A DNA stretch of 56,243 nucleotides from Candidatus Omnitrophota bacterium. GTDB lineage: Bacteria; Omnitrophota; Gorgyraeia; Zapsychrales; JANLHA01. The stretch spans positions 1-56,243 of the forward strand of contig JBBRHV010000008.1 in NCBI GenBank assembly GCA_038222225.1. Direction: 5' to 3'. The notes under the pieces were generated by a model. That model saw nothing but the letters and a program-made list of their open reading frames with translations. It was not told where the DNA came from and did not search any database. Position numbers and translations under genes: made by a program. Shown here one piece after another: positions 26,901 through 35,349 of the stretch; position 1 is the first letter of the stretch; every line of letters begins with the position of its first letter.

Positions 26901-27402
26901 GAACCAACTGCATCAGGACCCCGCCGCCGGCTGTTCCTAAAATGATCGCGATAAAGGTCCACATGCCGACATAACCATTGCCCTGCGACAGTTCTTTTTC
27001 ATCCAGCATTTCCGGTAAGATCCCGTATTTGGCCGGGCCGAAAAACGCGCTCTGAACGGTCATCAAAAAAAGAACCACGATCATCCAGAACAACTGTCCA
27101 GATAAAAGGGCCAAAAAACCAAGCAGCATGACAAAAATTTCAGCGACCTTGACCCAAACAATGATGTTGCGTTTTGAAAACCGGTCGGCAAGTTGCCCCG
27201 CGTAAGGAGAGCAAACCAAAAACGGAACGATAAACAGCGCCGAAATAATGCTCATATACCGGGCATGCGTCTGGGGATCTATAAAAATGCGTAGCGCGAA
27301 TAATGAAATAACGATCTTGAAGGCATTATCATTAAAGGCGCCCAAGAATTGAGTTGTAAGAAAAGCTTTAAAGGAACGGCTTTTGCAACTGTGCGAAGAC
27401 AT
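23989..27402 (-). CDS. aas: Triple fusion: MFS lysophospholipid transporter (LplT-like) + PlsC-type acyltransferase + acyl-ACP synthetase (Aas)
   Basis: 1137 aa. The first ~410 aa are polytopic MFS. NHVSFVDW (H-x4-D) and FAEGGLTRTG mark the acyltransferase. IFSSGSTGEPKGVMLTH and GYGATE mark the adenylate-forming domain. Confidence 0.85.
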   Translation of the reverse strand: MSSHSCKSRSFKAFLTTQFLGAFNDNAFKIVISLFALRIFIDPQTHARYMSIISALFIVPFLVCSPYAGQLADRFSKRNIIVWVKVAEIFVMLLGFLALLSGQLFWMIVVLFLMTVQSAFFGPAKYGILPEMLDEKELSQGNGYVGMWTFIAIILGTAGGGVLMQLVHGDITRIAGAFICIAVLGTVSSLFIEKTNVVASQRPFQANFVADFWEYFKRIKSKNAMFLTLLAVNYFWFLGAVFQTNVLLYGKNILALSDLQTSLFLVAVSFGIGIGSLLAGRLSEGKIEFGLVPVGAIGLTVFSLFLGAPALGFSDALLRIFVLGLSAGFYTVPLNSFFQQNSPQEERGKYLAVLNASNAFAVLMGAGVMWLLGDAMSFNARQVFFIMGVVSLFGTMYILRTLPDAFLRFFNWVFSHTLYRIRSVGVENLPETGGALLVCNHVSFVDWALIMAATKRHVRFLMHRRFYEHPVFGPLCRVMQAIPVAMEDSPKKIAASLQEARRAVEDGHVVCIFAEGGLTRTGNMLPFSRGFEFIMKGVTAPIIPVNIDSIWGSIFSFDEGKYFWKWPKDFLHPVTVCFGKPMPATAASHEVRLAVEELSAEAFEHRGKEQKPLHLAFIHEAKKRPLKFCMADSTGLKLNYVQALAMALLLSQKLFSAKGADQKEMAGILLPSSCMASLANGACFMAGNIPVNLNFTASQESLASAIRQCEMKRIITSRKFLEKLNIPEDERMIFLEDLSAQIEQGEKVRWFLRALLLPGWMIEKFYVKGNRTSVHDLATVIFSSGSTGEPKGVMLTHSNIFSNIEGFYQVAQIQRNDVVMGILPFFHSFGFTACLCFPVGVGLSVVYHHNPLDAATVGKMVERYKATILIGTPTFFSAYMRKCKPEQFKSLRYAAAGAEKLKETMVREFIDKFGITLFEGYGATELSPIVSMGIPDYISEQGRIHQKGYEFGKVGHPIPGVAAKVVDLETGQLLGYDEEGLLLIKGANVMKGYLKNPEKTAEVLKDGWYVTGDIASIDKEGFIKITDRLSRFSKIGGEMVPHVKIEEEILSALETSEPRCSVTSVPDEKKGERLAVLYVGDIDVEGLCAKLAERGLPNLWIPKKENFFKVDGIPLLGSGKTDLKQVKQLAQKFCGGE

Positions 27403-27451
27403 CTTCTCTCCTGTAATATTAATATGTATATTATAAAGTTACTTATACGCT

Positions 27452-28189
27452 TTAAAAATAGATTTTCATCTTTTCTACAAATTCATCCGCCAGCTGCGCG
27501 ACCGCAATGTTTCTTTGCTCTACGAAAGAAACTTCCTGACCGGTTCCATAATAGTCCGGCGAATAAATCGCGGCAACACGACTGCGCGCCTGATGATTGG
27601 CACTGACCAAAACAATCGGCCGGCGGTCTTTCACATCAATGAGGACCCCGACAGAATTGATATCGAGCTGCACTTTCCGGCTCGGGACAACATACGCCCC
27701 TACGATCGTGAGATCCAGCAAAGACCAAGCGGTGGCCTGGCTGGCAACTTCTGCTGATCCGCCGTACAGGAACACGTAATCCAATCCCATATCCTCAGCG
27801 ATCGCGCATAATGTCATGACCCGGTCTGAAACATCCTTTTCGCTGTCGTTCTGCTGATAATAGGACGTCCCTTCACTCTGGATTCCTCCCAACGGCAATC
27901 CCGTGACTTGGGTAAACATCTGCGTCTGCTTTTTCAATGACTCCATCATTGCCGGGCTGGGAACATTTTCCCCGACCTGCGCAACTCCCAGCTTAATCGG
28001 TTCTTGCGGATTAAAGATCCGCGCAGCCGACTGCCGGGTCTGCGATTTATCACTATAAAGCCCATAGACCAGGTTGGAATAATTATAAAGCCCCCGTTCT
28101 TGTGCTGAGAGACCGGTGGTATAACAGCCTGAAACAGATACTGCCAAAATCAAAACTCCTAGGACCATCAGATTTGTATTGTTTTTCAT
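27452..28189 (-). CDS. Lipoprotein, unknown function
   Basis: 245 aa with a signal peptide and lipobox (LAVSVSG-C). An AAGGAGG sequence lies upstream of the ATG. Confidence 0.6.
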   Translation of the reverse strand: MKNNTNLMVLGVLILAVSVSGCYTTGLSAQERGLYNYSNLVYGLYSDKSQTRQSAARIFNPQEPIKLGVAQVGENVPSPAMMESLKKQTQMFTQVTGLPLGGIQSEGTSYYQQNDSEKDVSDRVMTLCAIAEDMGLDYVFLYGGSAEVASQATAWSLLDLTIVGAYVVPSRKVQLDINSVGVLIDVKDRRPIVLVSANHQARSRVAAIYSPDYYGTGQEVSFVEQRNIAVAQLADEFVEKMKIYF

Positions 28190-28220
28190 CCGCCCCCTCC
28201 TTTAATTGAACTATCAACTG

Positions 28221-28236
28221 TTAACTTGTTAAGTAT
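28221..28236. promoter_or_regulatory. Operator-like box TTAACTTGTTAAGTAT upstream of the lipoprotein / lplT-aas operon
   Basis: It matches the box upstream of marR at 15 of 16 positions. On the minus strand it overlaps a TTAACA -35-like hexamer. Confidence 0.4.
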
Positions 28237-28249
28237 ATAATGAAAAAAA

Positions 28250-28720
28250 TTACCTTATAACAACGTCCAACCACTTCACTAAGATATCCGCCACTGTTCT
28301 TTGATCTTCGGCTGACAACCCTTGCAGACAATACATCAATTCCTGGTTATATCGCGGCCAGATCTCATCCAGCAACTGCGTTCCCTTCTCTGTAATATGC
28401 ACTTTATTGACTCTGCGGTCATCCGCCTCTGCCCTGCGGACCGCCAATCCTTCCTGCTCAAGCTTATCAAGGAGTCGCGTTAAGTTCGACGCTGTGGCAA
28501 TCAGCTTTTTCCCGATTTCGACCTGACTGATACCGACCCCTTCTCCCTGATGCTGTATTACTAACAACACATTTAATTGCGCCGGCGTTAAATTAAAGTG
28601 TTTCAAATACGATGACATCCGATTGTTCCAGTGATTATAGAGAAGGGCCACCGAATAAATGATCTCTTCGTGGTGTTTCCCCTGCCCTGTTTCAACTCCA
28701 AAATTCTCAAGCAAGCTCAT
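28250..28720 (-). CDS. MarR family transcriptional regulator
   Basis: 156 aa with a winged-helix region LTPAQLNVLLVI...ISQVEIGKKLIATASNLTRLLDKLEQEGLAVRRAEADDRRVNKVHITEKG. Confidence 0.85.
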   Translation of the reverse strand: MSLLENFGVETGQGKHHEEIIYSVALLYNHWNNRMSSYLKHFNLTPAQLNVLLVIQHQGEGVGISQVEIGKKLIATASNLTRLLDKLEQEGLAVRRAEADDRRVNKVHITEKGTQLLDEIWPRYNQELMYCLQGLSAEDQRTVADILVKWLDVVIR

Positions 28721-28741
28721 TGTCTTATCTCCTTAGTTATA

Positions 28742-28774
28742 AGTTTACATTGCAATTATTAACTTGTCAAGTAT
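28742..28774 (-). promoter_or_regulatory. Candidate marR promoter with an embedded palindromic operator
   Basis: The minus strand reads TTGACA-17 nt-TAAACT. The palindrome ACTTGTCAAGT (28762-28772) overlaps the -35 hexamer. Confidence 0.45.
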
Positions 28775-28784
28775 TTGTTTAAAA

Positions 28785-28816
28785 TTTTTGGGGAGCCGAC
28801 CACCTCTCCCCAAAAA
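28785..28816 (-). terminator. Intrinsic terminator after the pgsA-pgpA-BI-1 transcription unit
   Basis: TTTTTGGGGAG-(10 nt)-CTCCCCAAAAA. It lies 5 nt downstream of the BI-1 stop. It has a T-tract in both orientations. Confidence 0.7.
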
Positions 28817-28820
28817 CCTT

Positions 28821-29603
28821 TTATCGTCTGCGCAATTTTGCCAATAAACGCAAAATCTCTAAATAAAGCCAGACCAAAGTCACCATCAACCCGAAAGCGC
28901 CATACCATTCCATATGCTTTTGAGCCCCCATGCTCACACCCTGTTCGATCATATAGAAATCCGCCAACAGATTGAATGAGGCAATACCCACAACAATCAC
29001 GCTAAACCCGATCCCCATGGGTGTGCTGGCATATATAAAGGGAAGTGAACGGCCGAAAAATCCGAAAATCCAGCTGCACACATACACCAGACAGATCGCC
29101 CCGGTTGCCATGCTCAATCCCATAATAAATTTCTGATTGATCGGGATAATGCCGCTTTTATAAAGTAGCAACATCACCACCAGAACCGCCATTGTTAACG
29201 CAACCGCCTGAACCACAATTCCCTCATACATGACCTGATACATGGCCGAAATCCCGCCTAAAACCAACCCTTCCAACAACGCGTAGATCGGAGCGGTGAC
29301 CGGAGACCATTCGCGCTTGAAAATCGTGATGAGCGCGACAATGAACCCTGCGATTGCGCCGAAGATCACATACCCGCCAGCAGCAGCATTCACTTGCGCT
29401 GCAGAGGTGTCTTGCAGATACCCGACAATCGCCGGAGCGGTTGCCATGGCCTGACCCCAAACCCACGACGCTGAAAGAACAACCAACAACAAAAGAAAAA
29501 AACACTTATTCACTGTCCCCTGAATGGTCATCACGTCTGCGGTACCAGCGCTGGACTGCTCAAACGATCTAGAACTTAACGTGGGATTGCTTGTGCGAAA
29601 CAT
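28821..29603 (-). CDS. Bax inhibitor-1/YccA-like membrane protein
   Basis: 260 aa with an MFRTSNPTLS N-terminus followed by 7 hydrophobic helices. Confidence 0.65.
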   Translation of the reverse strand: MFRTSNPTLSSRSFEQSSAGTADVMTIQGTVNKCFFLLLLVVLSASWVWGQAMATAPAIVGYLQDTSAAQVNAAAGGYVIFGAIAGFIVALITIFKREWSPVTAPIYALLEGLVLGGISAMYQVMYEGIVVQAVALTMAVLVVMLLLYKSGIIPINQKFIMGLSMATGAICLVYVCSWIFGFFGRSLPFIYASTPMGIGFSVIVVGIASFNLLADFYMIEQGVSMGAQKHMEWYGAFGLMVTLVWLYLEILRLLAKLRRR

Positions 29604-29645
29604 TTGTCTCCCTCCTTTTTGTGTTGCGTCCTGATATGTTTTACC

Positions 29646-30101
29646 CTATACGATTCCGACAATCCGTACAGCAATATGCATTATAACACCCGTATAAATT
29701 CCCGCAACGATATCATCCATCATAATTCCTTTGCCTCCCCTGATCTCCTCAAATTTGCAGACCGGATAAATCTTAAACATGTCAAATGCTCGAAACAGAA
29801 AATAGGCCGTCCAAATCACCGCCGGAGTCATGGGCAAAAGAAAAAACGCGATCAAAATCCCCGACACTTCATCAATGACCACGCAGCCCGGGTCTTCTTT
29901 TCCGACAATCTTCTCCATCGGCCCGCTCACCTTAAACCCGATCGCCGTCACGGCCGCAAAAACCAGGATATACAAAACAATCGTCTGATGCATGAGGACC
30001 GCCAAAATAGCGCCGGCCAGACTCGCCATACTTCCCGGCGCGAACGGCGAATATCCGATATAAAAAAATGTCGACCATAATTTAATCCAGCGTTCTGACA
30101 T
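29646..30101 (-). CDS. pgpA: Phosphatidylglycerophosphatase A
   Basis: 151 aa with FFYIGYSPFAPGSMASL, VIDEVSG and FRAFDMFKIYP. Confidence 0.85.
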   Translation of the reverse strand: MSERWIKLWSTFFYIGYSPFAPGSMASLAGAILAVLMHQTIVLYILVFAAVTAIGFKVSGPMEKIVGKEDPGCVVIDEVSGILIAFFLLPMTPAVIWTAYFLFRAFDMFKIYPVCKFEEIRGGKGIMMDDIVAGIYTGVIMHIAVRIVGIV

Positions 30102-30110
30102 ATAAGCTCC

Positions 30111-30683
30111 TTACTTGAATTTAAGCATTGTTCTGTTATTCCAAAGAACCAGAACCCCTGAAATAACCGTTACCGCAACCATCATATACTCCAACACAGG
30201 CAAACCATACCCAAACACACACTTTAAGTCTTCTGCGAGTAAAAACCTGCCGGAAACCAGGATCATCCAAGCTAATAAGAGAAGCGCAATGATCATCTGA
30301 AAAACCGTTTTGAGTTTTCCCATCCGCTCTGCCGCCAGAATCTGGCCGCGCGCCATGGCCCAGAAACGGAATACCGTCAGCCCGATCTCACGAAAGGCGA
30401 TCACCCAGAACGCCCAACACGGCAAAAGCCGCTGCCCGGCAAATAACGCGAACGCCGAAAGCATCAAAAACTTGTCTGCGATCGGGTCCATCATTTTTCC
30501 GAACGAACTGATCACATCATATTTCCGAGCGAAGTATCCGTCAAGCCAATCCGTGACCGCCGCTAAACCAAAACAGACCGTTGCCCAAAGAATACCGGAA
30601 AACTCTCCCTGCAGAAAAAACCATATAAAAAATCCTGTTAAAACAAATCGCAAAACCGTTAGGATATTCGGAAGCTGCTTCAT
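30111..30683 (-). CDS. pgsA: CDP-diacylglycerol--glycerol-3-phosphate 3-phosphatidyltransferase
   Basis: 190 aa with NILTVLR and the CDP-alcohol phosphatidyltransferase motif DWLDGYFARK...GKMMDPIADK. Confidence 0.9.
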   Translation of the reverse strand: MKQLPNILTVLRFVLTGFFIWFFLQGEFSGILWATVCFGLAAVTDWLDGYFARKYDVISSFGKMMDPIADKFLMLSAFALFAGQRLLPCWAFWVIAFREIGLTVFRFWAMARGQILAAERMGKLKTVFQMIIALLLLAWMILVSGRFLLAEDLKCVFGYGLPVLEYMMVAVTVISGVLVLWNNRTMLKFK

Positions 30684-31936
30684 GTTGCCACCTCGCCGAT
30701 CAAATCGTATTCATACCCATCCGTGATCTTAACCCGGACAAATGCTCCAATGGGCAATTTCCTTGCCGAACGGACGTAAACAAGCCCGTCCACATCCGAC
30801 GCGTCATATTCTGTCCGTCCTGTATACAGGCCCTTTTCCTGCTGATGCTCAATCAAAACATCACAAACCTTCCCGATCATCGCCTGCTGAAGCTGGCTGG
30901 AAATTTTTTGCTGGATCTTCATCAGTTTGTCCCGCCGGGCTTTCCGCACCTTTTGCGGAACTTGACCGGGCATATCAAAAGCGGATGTTCCTTCTTCAGC
31001 GGAATACTCAAAGACGCCGACTTTATCAAAACGCAGCTCCCGCACAAAATCACACAGCTGAGCGAACTCCTCCTCCGTCTCGCCCGGCAAGCCGGTAATA
31101 AAGGCGGTCCGGATACGCACGCCCGGTATCATTTTACGGATCTTTTCGATCAGAGCATACGTCTGCCGCGTTGTGATATTCCGTTTCATGGCTTTTAAAA
31201 TACGGTCACTGATGTGCTGCAACGGCACATCGATATATTGGCACACCCTCTTTTCATCGGCTATCACGCGCAGCAAATCATCCGTGATGTGCGCCGGGTA
31301 CATGTAGAGCAACCGAATCCAATGAATATTCTTTGCCTGGTTGCAGAGACCCCGCACAAGCTCCGCGAGCATTTTTTCACGCTTAAGCTCCATGCCATAG
31401 GCGGTGATATCCTGACCGACAATGTTCAACTCCCGCACGCCCTGAGCATCCAGCTGCGCTGCTTCCTTGAGAACCGAGCTGATTTGACGGGAAACAAACG
31501 TTCCCTTGATCTGAGGAATAACGCAGAAGGCGCAATGATTAAAACAGCTTTCACAAATTTTGAGGTACGCCAAGTACCCGGGAGTTAAGCTCACCTGTTC
31601 CGGGACCTTGTCCTTCACCAGCGGCTGAACGCCCCGGAACTCATCCACCTCGGGAAACTCCTCTTTAAGCTCTTTGGCATAACGTTCTGAAAGACAACCG
31701 GCAACAATGATTTTCTTGATCTTTCCTTGGGCTTTCAGCTTGATCACCTCCAGGATAGTATCAATGGACTCCCGTTTAGCGTCTTCAATAAACCCGCAGG
31801 TGTTAATAATGATGGTGTCGGCATCTTCCAATCCTACGATCTGATGCCCCCGGCCTTTGGCCTCACCCAGCAATATCTGCGAGTCAACTGTATTGCGGAC
31901 ACATCCCAACGTGATGATCGAAATTTTATTTACCAT
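30680..31936 (-). CDS. rimO: Ribosomal protein S12 methylthiotransferase
   Basis: The N-terminus has ISIITLGCVRNTVDSQ. The radical SAM motif is CFNHCAFC. A C-terminal TRAM domain is present. I placed the start at MVNKIS (ATG at 31934-31936). Confidence 0.85.
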   Translation of the reverse strand: MVNKISIITLGCVRNTVDSQILLGEAKGRGHQIVGLEDADTIIINTCGFIEDAKRESIDTILEVIKLKAQGKIKKIIVAGCLSERYAKELKEEFPEVDEFRGVQPLVKDKVPEQVSLTPGYLAYLKICESCFNHCAFCVIPQIKGTFVSRQISSVLKEAAQLDAQGVRELNIVGQDITAYGMELKREKMLAELVRGLCNQAKNIHWIRLLYMYPAHITDDLLRVIADEKRVCQYIDVPLQHISDRILKAMKRNITTRQTYALIEKIRKMIPGVRIRTAFITGLPGETEEEFAQLCDFVRELRFDKVGVFEYSAEEGTSAFDMPGQVPQKVRKARRDKLMKIQQKISSQLQQAMIGKVCDVLIEHQQEKGLYTGRTEYDASDVDGLVYVRSARKLPIGAFVRVKITDGYEYDLIGEVAT

Positions 31937-32039
31937 AATGAAAAACCGCACCTTGTATCCCGCATATCGCACCCCTTACGACACCATGCGAACATACGAA
32001 CACGAAAGATGCGGCACCCTTCTTTTTAAATAAAAATAT

Positions 32040-32936
32040 TTACTCCTTAACCGACCATCCGTCTTTAGTGATAATAACCCGACGGGCAGTCCGGTCAGCG
32101 CGGCCTAAAGAGCCCAGCACTTTTCCGTTCAGTTCAAACTCCAGCTCATGGATGATTCGGCCTGAGATCTCGATCTGCTTATCCGCAGACCAGCTTTCAA
32201 CAGCCCCTTCGCGGATGGTCGACTGCAAAACAAGCGCCCCATCAATTTTCACCTGAAGCCAGCCTCGTTTGCGCGCGCGGATGGTTAAACGGACTTTGTC
32301 CTCCTGCGGCTTGGAGTCAGCCGCTTGAGGAACTTCCGGGTCCTTTGTTTTCTGAACAGGCACCGGCGCAGGCGCCGCGACTTCTGAAGAAGCCGTCTTT
32401 GTGTCCGGCAGACTGACATTCTGTGCCGCCGGAGCTGCTGAGTTTTTCTTCGCCTTTGGTTTCGGAATCGGAACAATCTCTCCCGTTTCCTCTCCGGCTA
32501 AAAGCGGGACTTTGGAATCAGGCGCGGGTGCTTTAAGCTTTGCTGAAAGACATCCCCCCACCCGAAAAAGCAAAAAAAGCAGAAAGAGCACACCCGCGAC
32601 CATGACGATCTTACGCTGACGGTCTTTACTCAAAAAAGGATCAGATTGGATCTCCAGCTTTTGGATGATTCTGACCGGCTCTTTTTCGTGCTGATCTAAC
32701 TCTGTGGGCTCGTCGATGAACTCAACCTCAAGATACTGAGCGTACATCTTAATAAACGCCTTTAAATAAAACGGCGCGAGGGTATGAACCGTATATCCTT
32801 CTTCCACCGCCTTCAGAACATCCATCGGGATTTTCGTAATTTCATGGACCGTATATAGTGAAATGCCTTTGGCTTCTCGCGTTTCTTTCAGAATCCCCCC
32901 GATTGACTTCTTTTGAGATCCGCTCGAATATGCCAT
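32040..32936 (-). CDS. rodZ: RodZ-like cytoskeleton protein (HTH + TM + DUF4115)
   Basis: 298 aa. The N-terminal HTH is LKETREAKGISLYTVHEITKIPMDVLKAVEEG. It has a single TM, a Pro/Ala-rich linker and a C-terminal beta domain. Confidence 0.7.
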   Translation of the reverse strand: MAYSSGSQKKSIGGILKETREAKGISLYTVHEITKIPMDVLKAVEEGYTVHTLAPFYLKAFIKMYAQYLEVEFIDEPTELDQHEKEPVRIIQKLEIQSDPFLSKDRQRKIVMVAGVLFLLFLLFRVGGCLSAKLKAPAPDSKVPLLAGEETGEIVPIPKPKAKKNSAAPAAQNVSLPDTKTASSEVAAPAPVPVQKTKDPEVPQAADSKPQEDKVRLTIRARKRGWLQVKIDGALVLQSTIREGAVESWSADKQIEISGRIIHELEFELNGKVLGSLGRADRTARRVIITKDGWSVKE

Positions 32937-32967
32937 TCCTCTCTCCCTTCTTAAAGTCTGCTCTACT

Positions 32968-35220
32968 TTAAGCGTCGTCTTCCTGAGAATTTATGTTCTT
33001 CAGAAGCCATTCTTCCCGATCTACCAACAGCTCCCTCGCCTTGCTTCCACAATAAGGGCCGACAATTCCGCCCTGTTCCATCATATCGATCAAACGAGCC
33101 GCCCGCGTATATCCCAATCTCATTCTTCGCTGCAGAATGGAGACCGACGCCTGATTCGTTTCAATGACCACCCGTACCGCCTCATCATACAATTCATCCT
33201 GGCTTTCTGATCCTCCGCCGGAACCGGTTGTCTGCTGAGTCAGGATGGTATCATCATATTCGGGCGTTTGCTGCTTCTTAATAAAATCAATGACCCGAAA
33301 AACCTCCGCATCCGAAACAAAACTGCATTGCCCGCGCGTCGGCTTGGCGTCGCCAGGCTGAATGAACAGAAGATCGCCTTTGCCCAACAGGGTCTCAGCG
33401 CCGTTCATATCCAGAACGGTGCGGGAGTCCACCTTGGATGCGACCTTGAAAGACACCCGGGCCGGAAAATTCGCCTTAATGACGCCGGTAATAACATCCA
33501 CCGACGGACGTTGTGTTGCTAGGATCAAATGGATACCCACCGCACGCGACAACTGAGCCAGGCGGGTGATGGAACTTTCAATCGTTTTCGCAGAAACCTG
33601 CATCAGGTCTGCCAACTCATCAATGATGACAACAATATAGGGCATCGAAAGGCCCTTTTCACGATACCCCTTAATATTACGAGCCCCTTCTTTGGACAAA
33701 CGTTTATACCGGTGTTCCATCTCGGAAACAATCCAATTCAAGGCCGCGGAAACCTTTTTAGGGTCCGTCACCGCCGGAGCTAGCATGTGCGGAATGTCAT
33801 TGTAACAGGCCAGCTCCACCATCTTTGGGTCCACCATCAGAAACTTCAAATCTTCCGGTGATGAATTGTAAAGCATGGACATAATAATCGTGTTCACACA
33901 GACCGTCTTCCCGGAACCGGTTGTCCCCGCGATCAAGAGATGCGGCATCTCCGATAAATCCGCGATGAGCGCTTTTCCGGAAATATCTTTTCCCAAGGCC
34001 AGTGTCAATTTTGATTTCGCGTTCTGGAACTGCGGTGTCGCTAAAACATCTTTCAGATAAACCGCCGCCTTTGAGCTGTTCGGGACCTCGATCCCAACGC
34101 GGTTCTTGCCCGGAATCGGCGCCACAATACGTACCGCCGCCGCACGCATAACCAAGGCAATATCATCGGCCAGGGTTGTGATCTGCTGAACCTTCACCCC
34201 CGGCGCCGGCTCAAGCTCATAACGCGTAATAACCGGTCCCCGCTCAATATCAGCGACCCTGACCTTCACATTAAAATCCCTCAATGTCGTTTCCAGGATT
34301 TGAGCTCCATTTTCCAAATCAGACTGCAGGGCGCTCTCAGAGATGACCGGCGGATCCTCCAAAAGGTCCAAACTCGGCAAATGATACTCACCGACAATTT
34401 TTGGTTTCATGTCTTTTGCCCGTTCTGAAACGGGATTGGAAATACGAATCGTCGGTTTCGCAGGTGCCGCCGGCCTCTCCTCCTCTTCGTATTCATATTC
34501 ATCCTCGGCCTGCTGCTCGCCACCATTCTCCTCTTCCTCGACCTCTTCATATTCATATTCATCTTTATCTTCGGGATCAGCACGGCGGGCTCGAGGCTTC
34601 GGTGATTGTTTTTTAGCTGCCGCTGTTTTCGCCGGGACCAGGGTCTGTTTCAAATTCGCGAATGGATTTTTAAGTGAAACAACCCCCGACTGAAACACTT
34701 CAAATAATTTGACAAGAAAGGGCGAAAGCAAAAATTCTCCGGTCGTGATCAGCGTTAGCGCCCCCAACGTGAAGAGCACAATATACGACCCGGTCCAGCC
34801 CAGATATTTGACTAAAAAATCCGCGGCCAAGAATCCCACCAGCCCTCCGCGCATAAAACGAAACGACTCGATTTGAGAACCGGTCATTCCGAACAAGGTG
34901 CTGACCGAGCAGAAAAGGATTACGGCCGATATCAATTTTGAAAATGTGAATTCCAGCTTCCGGCCGGCAAATTTATTCCAGCTCCAAAACAGCAGAAACC
35001 CCGCGAGAAAATAGGCGCTATATCCAAAAACAAAAAAAACACTGCCGGCCAAATAAGCGCCAACAATGCGGATCAGATTTTGGACAGGAACATTCGGATT
35101 AGAGGTATACCAGGAGAGGTCTTCGGGCACAAACGAAATCAAGCTGGCCAGCAAAATCAAGCCTACGGCAAAAATAAGAACACCCTTAATTTCATCGATA
35201 TGCTCTTGTTTCATGATCAC
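32968..35220 (-). CDS. ftsK: DNA translocase FtsK/SpoIIIE
   Basis: 750 aa with an N-terminal membrane domain and an acidic linker. It has Walker A (GTTGSGKT), Walker B (VVIIDELADL) and a gamma-domain winged helix (ASVSILQRRMRLGYTRAARLID). Confidence 0.92.
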   Translation of the reverse strand: MIMKQEHIDEIKGVLIFAVGLILLASLISFVPEDLSWYTSNPNVPVQNLIRIVGAYLAGSVFFVFGYSAYFLAGFLLFWSWNKFAGRKLEFTFSKLISAVILFCSVSTLFGMTGSQIESFRFMRGGLVGFLAADFLVKYLGWTGSYIVLFTLGALTLITTGEFLLSPFLVKLFEVFQSGVVSLKNPFANLKQTLVPAKTAAAKKQSPKPRARRADPEDKDEYEYEEVEEEENGGEQQAEDEYEYEEEERPAAPAKPTIRISNPVSERAKDMKPKIVGEYHLPSLDLLEDPPVISESALQSDLENGAQILETTLRDFNVKVRVADIERGPVITRYELEPAPGVKVQQITTLADDIALVMRAAAVRIVAPIPGKNRVGIEVPNSSKAAVYLKDVLATPQFQNAKSKLTLALGKDISGKALIADLSEMPHLLIAGTTGSGKTVCVNTIIMSMLYNSSPEDLKFLMVDPKMVELACYNDIPHMLAPAVTDPKKVSAALNWIVSEMEHRYKRLSKEGARNIKGYREKGLSMPYIVVIIDELADLMQVSAKTIESSITRLAQLSRAVGIHLILATQRPSVDVITGVIKANFPARVSFKVASKVDSRTVLDMNGAETLLGKGDLLFIQPGDAKPTRGQCSFVSDAEVFRVIDFIKKQQTPEYDDTILTQQTTGSGGGSESQDELYDEAVRVVIETNQASVSILQRRMRLGYTRAARLIDMMEQGGIVGPYCGSKARELLVDREEWLLKNINSQEDDA

Positions 35221-35265
35221 GACGGATATAGAATTTGATGGTTTGGTTAAAAGAGAAACGAAGCC

Positions 35266-35346
35266 AAAAGAAAAAGCGTTCGCGCTTCTCTAAAATGTTA
35301 GTATTATTATTGATTTTTATATTAACATTAAAGAAGCGCGAACGCT
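35266..35346 (-). terminator. Long hairpin terminator after pnp
   Basis: Exact 15-bp arms (35275-35289 and 35332-35346) flank an inner AATGTTA/TAACATT pair. On the minus strand the structure is followed by TTTTTCTTTTGG. It begins 4 nt after the pnp stop. Confidence 0.6.
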
Positions 35347-35349
35347 AGA

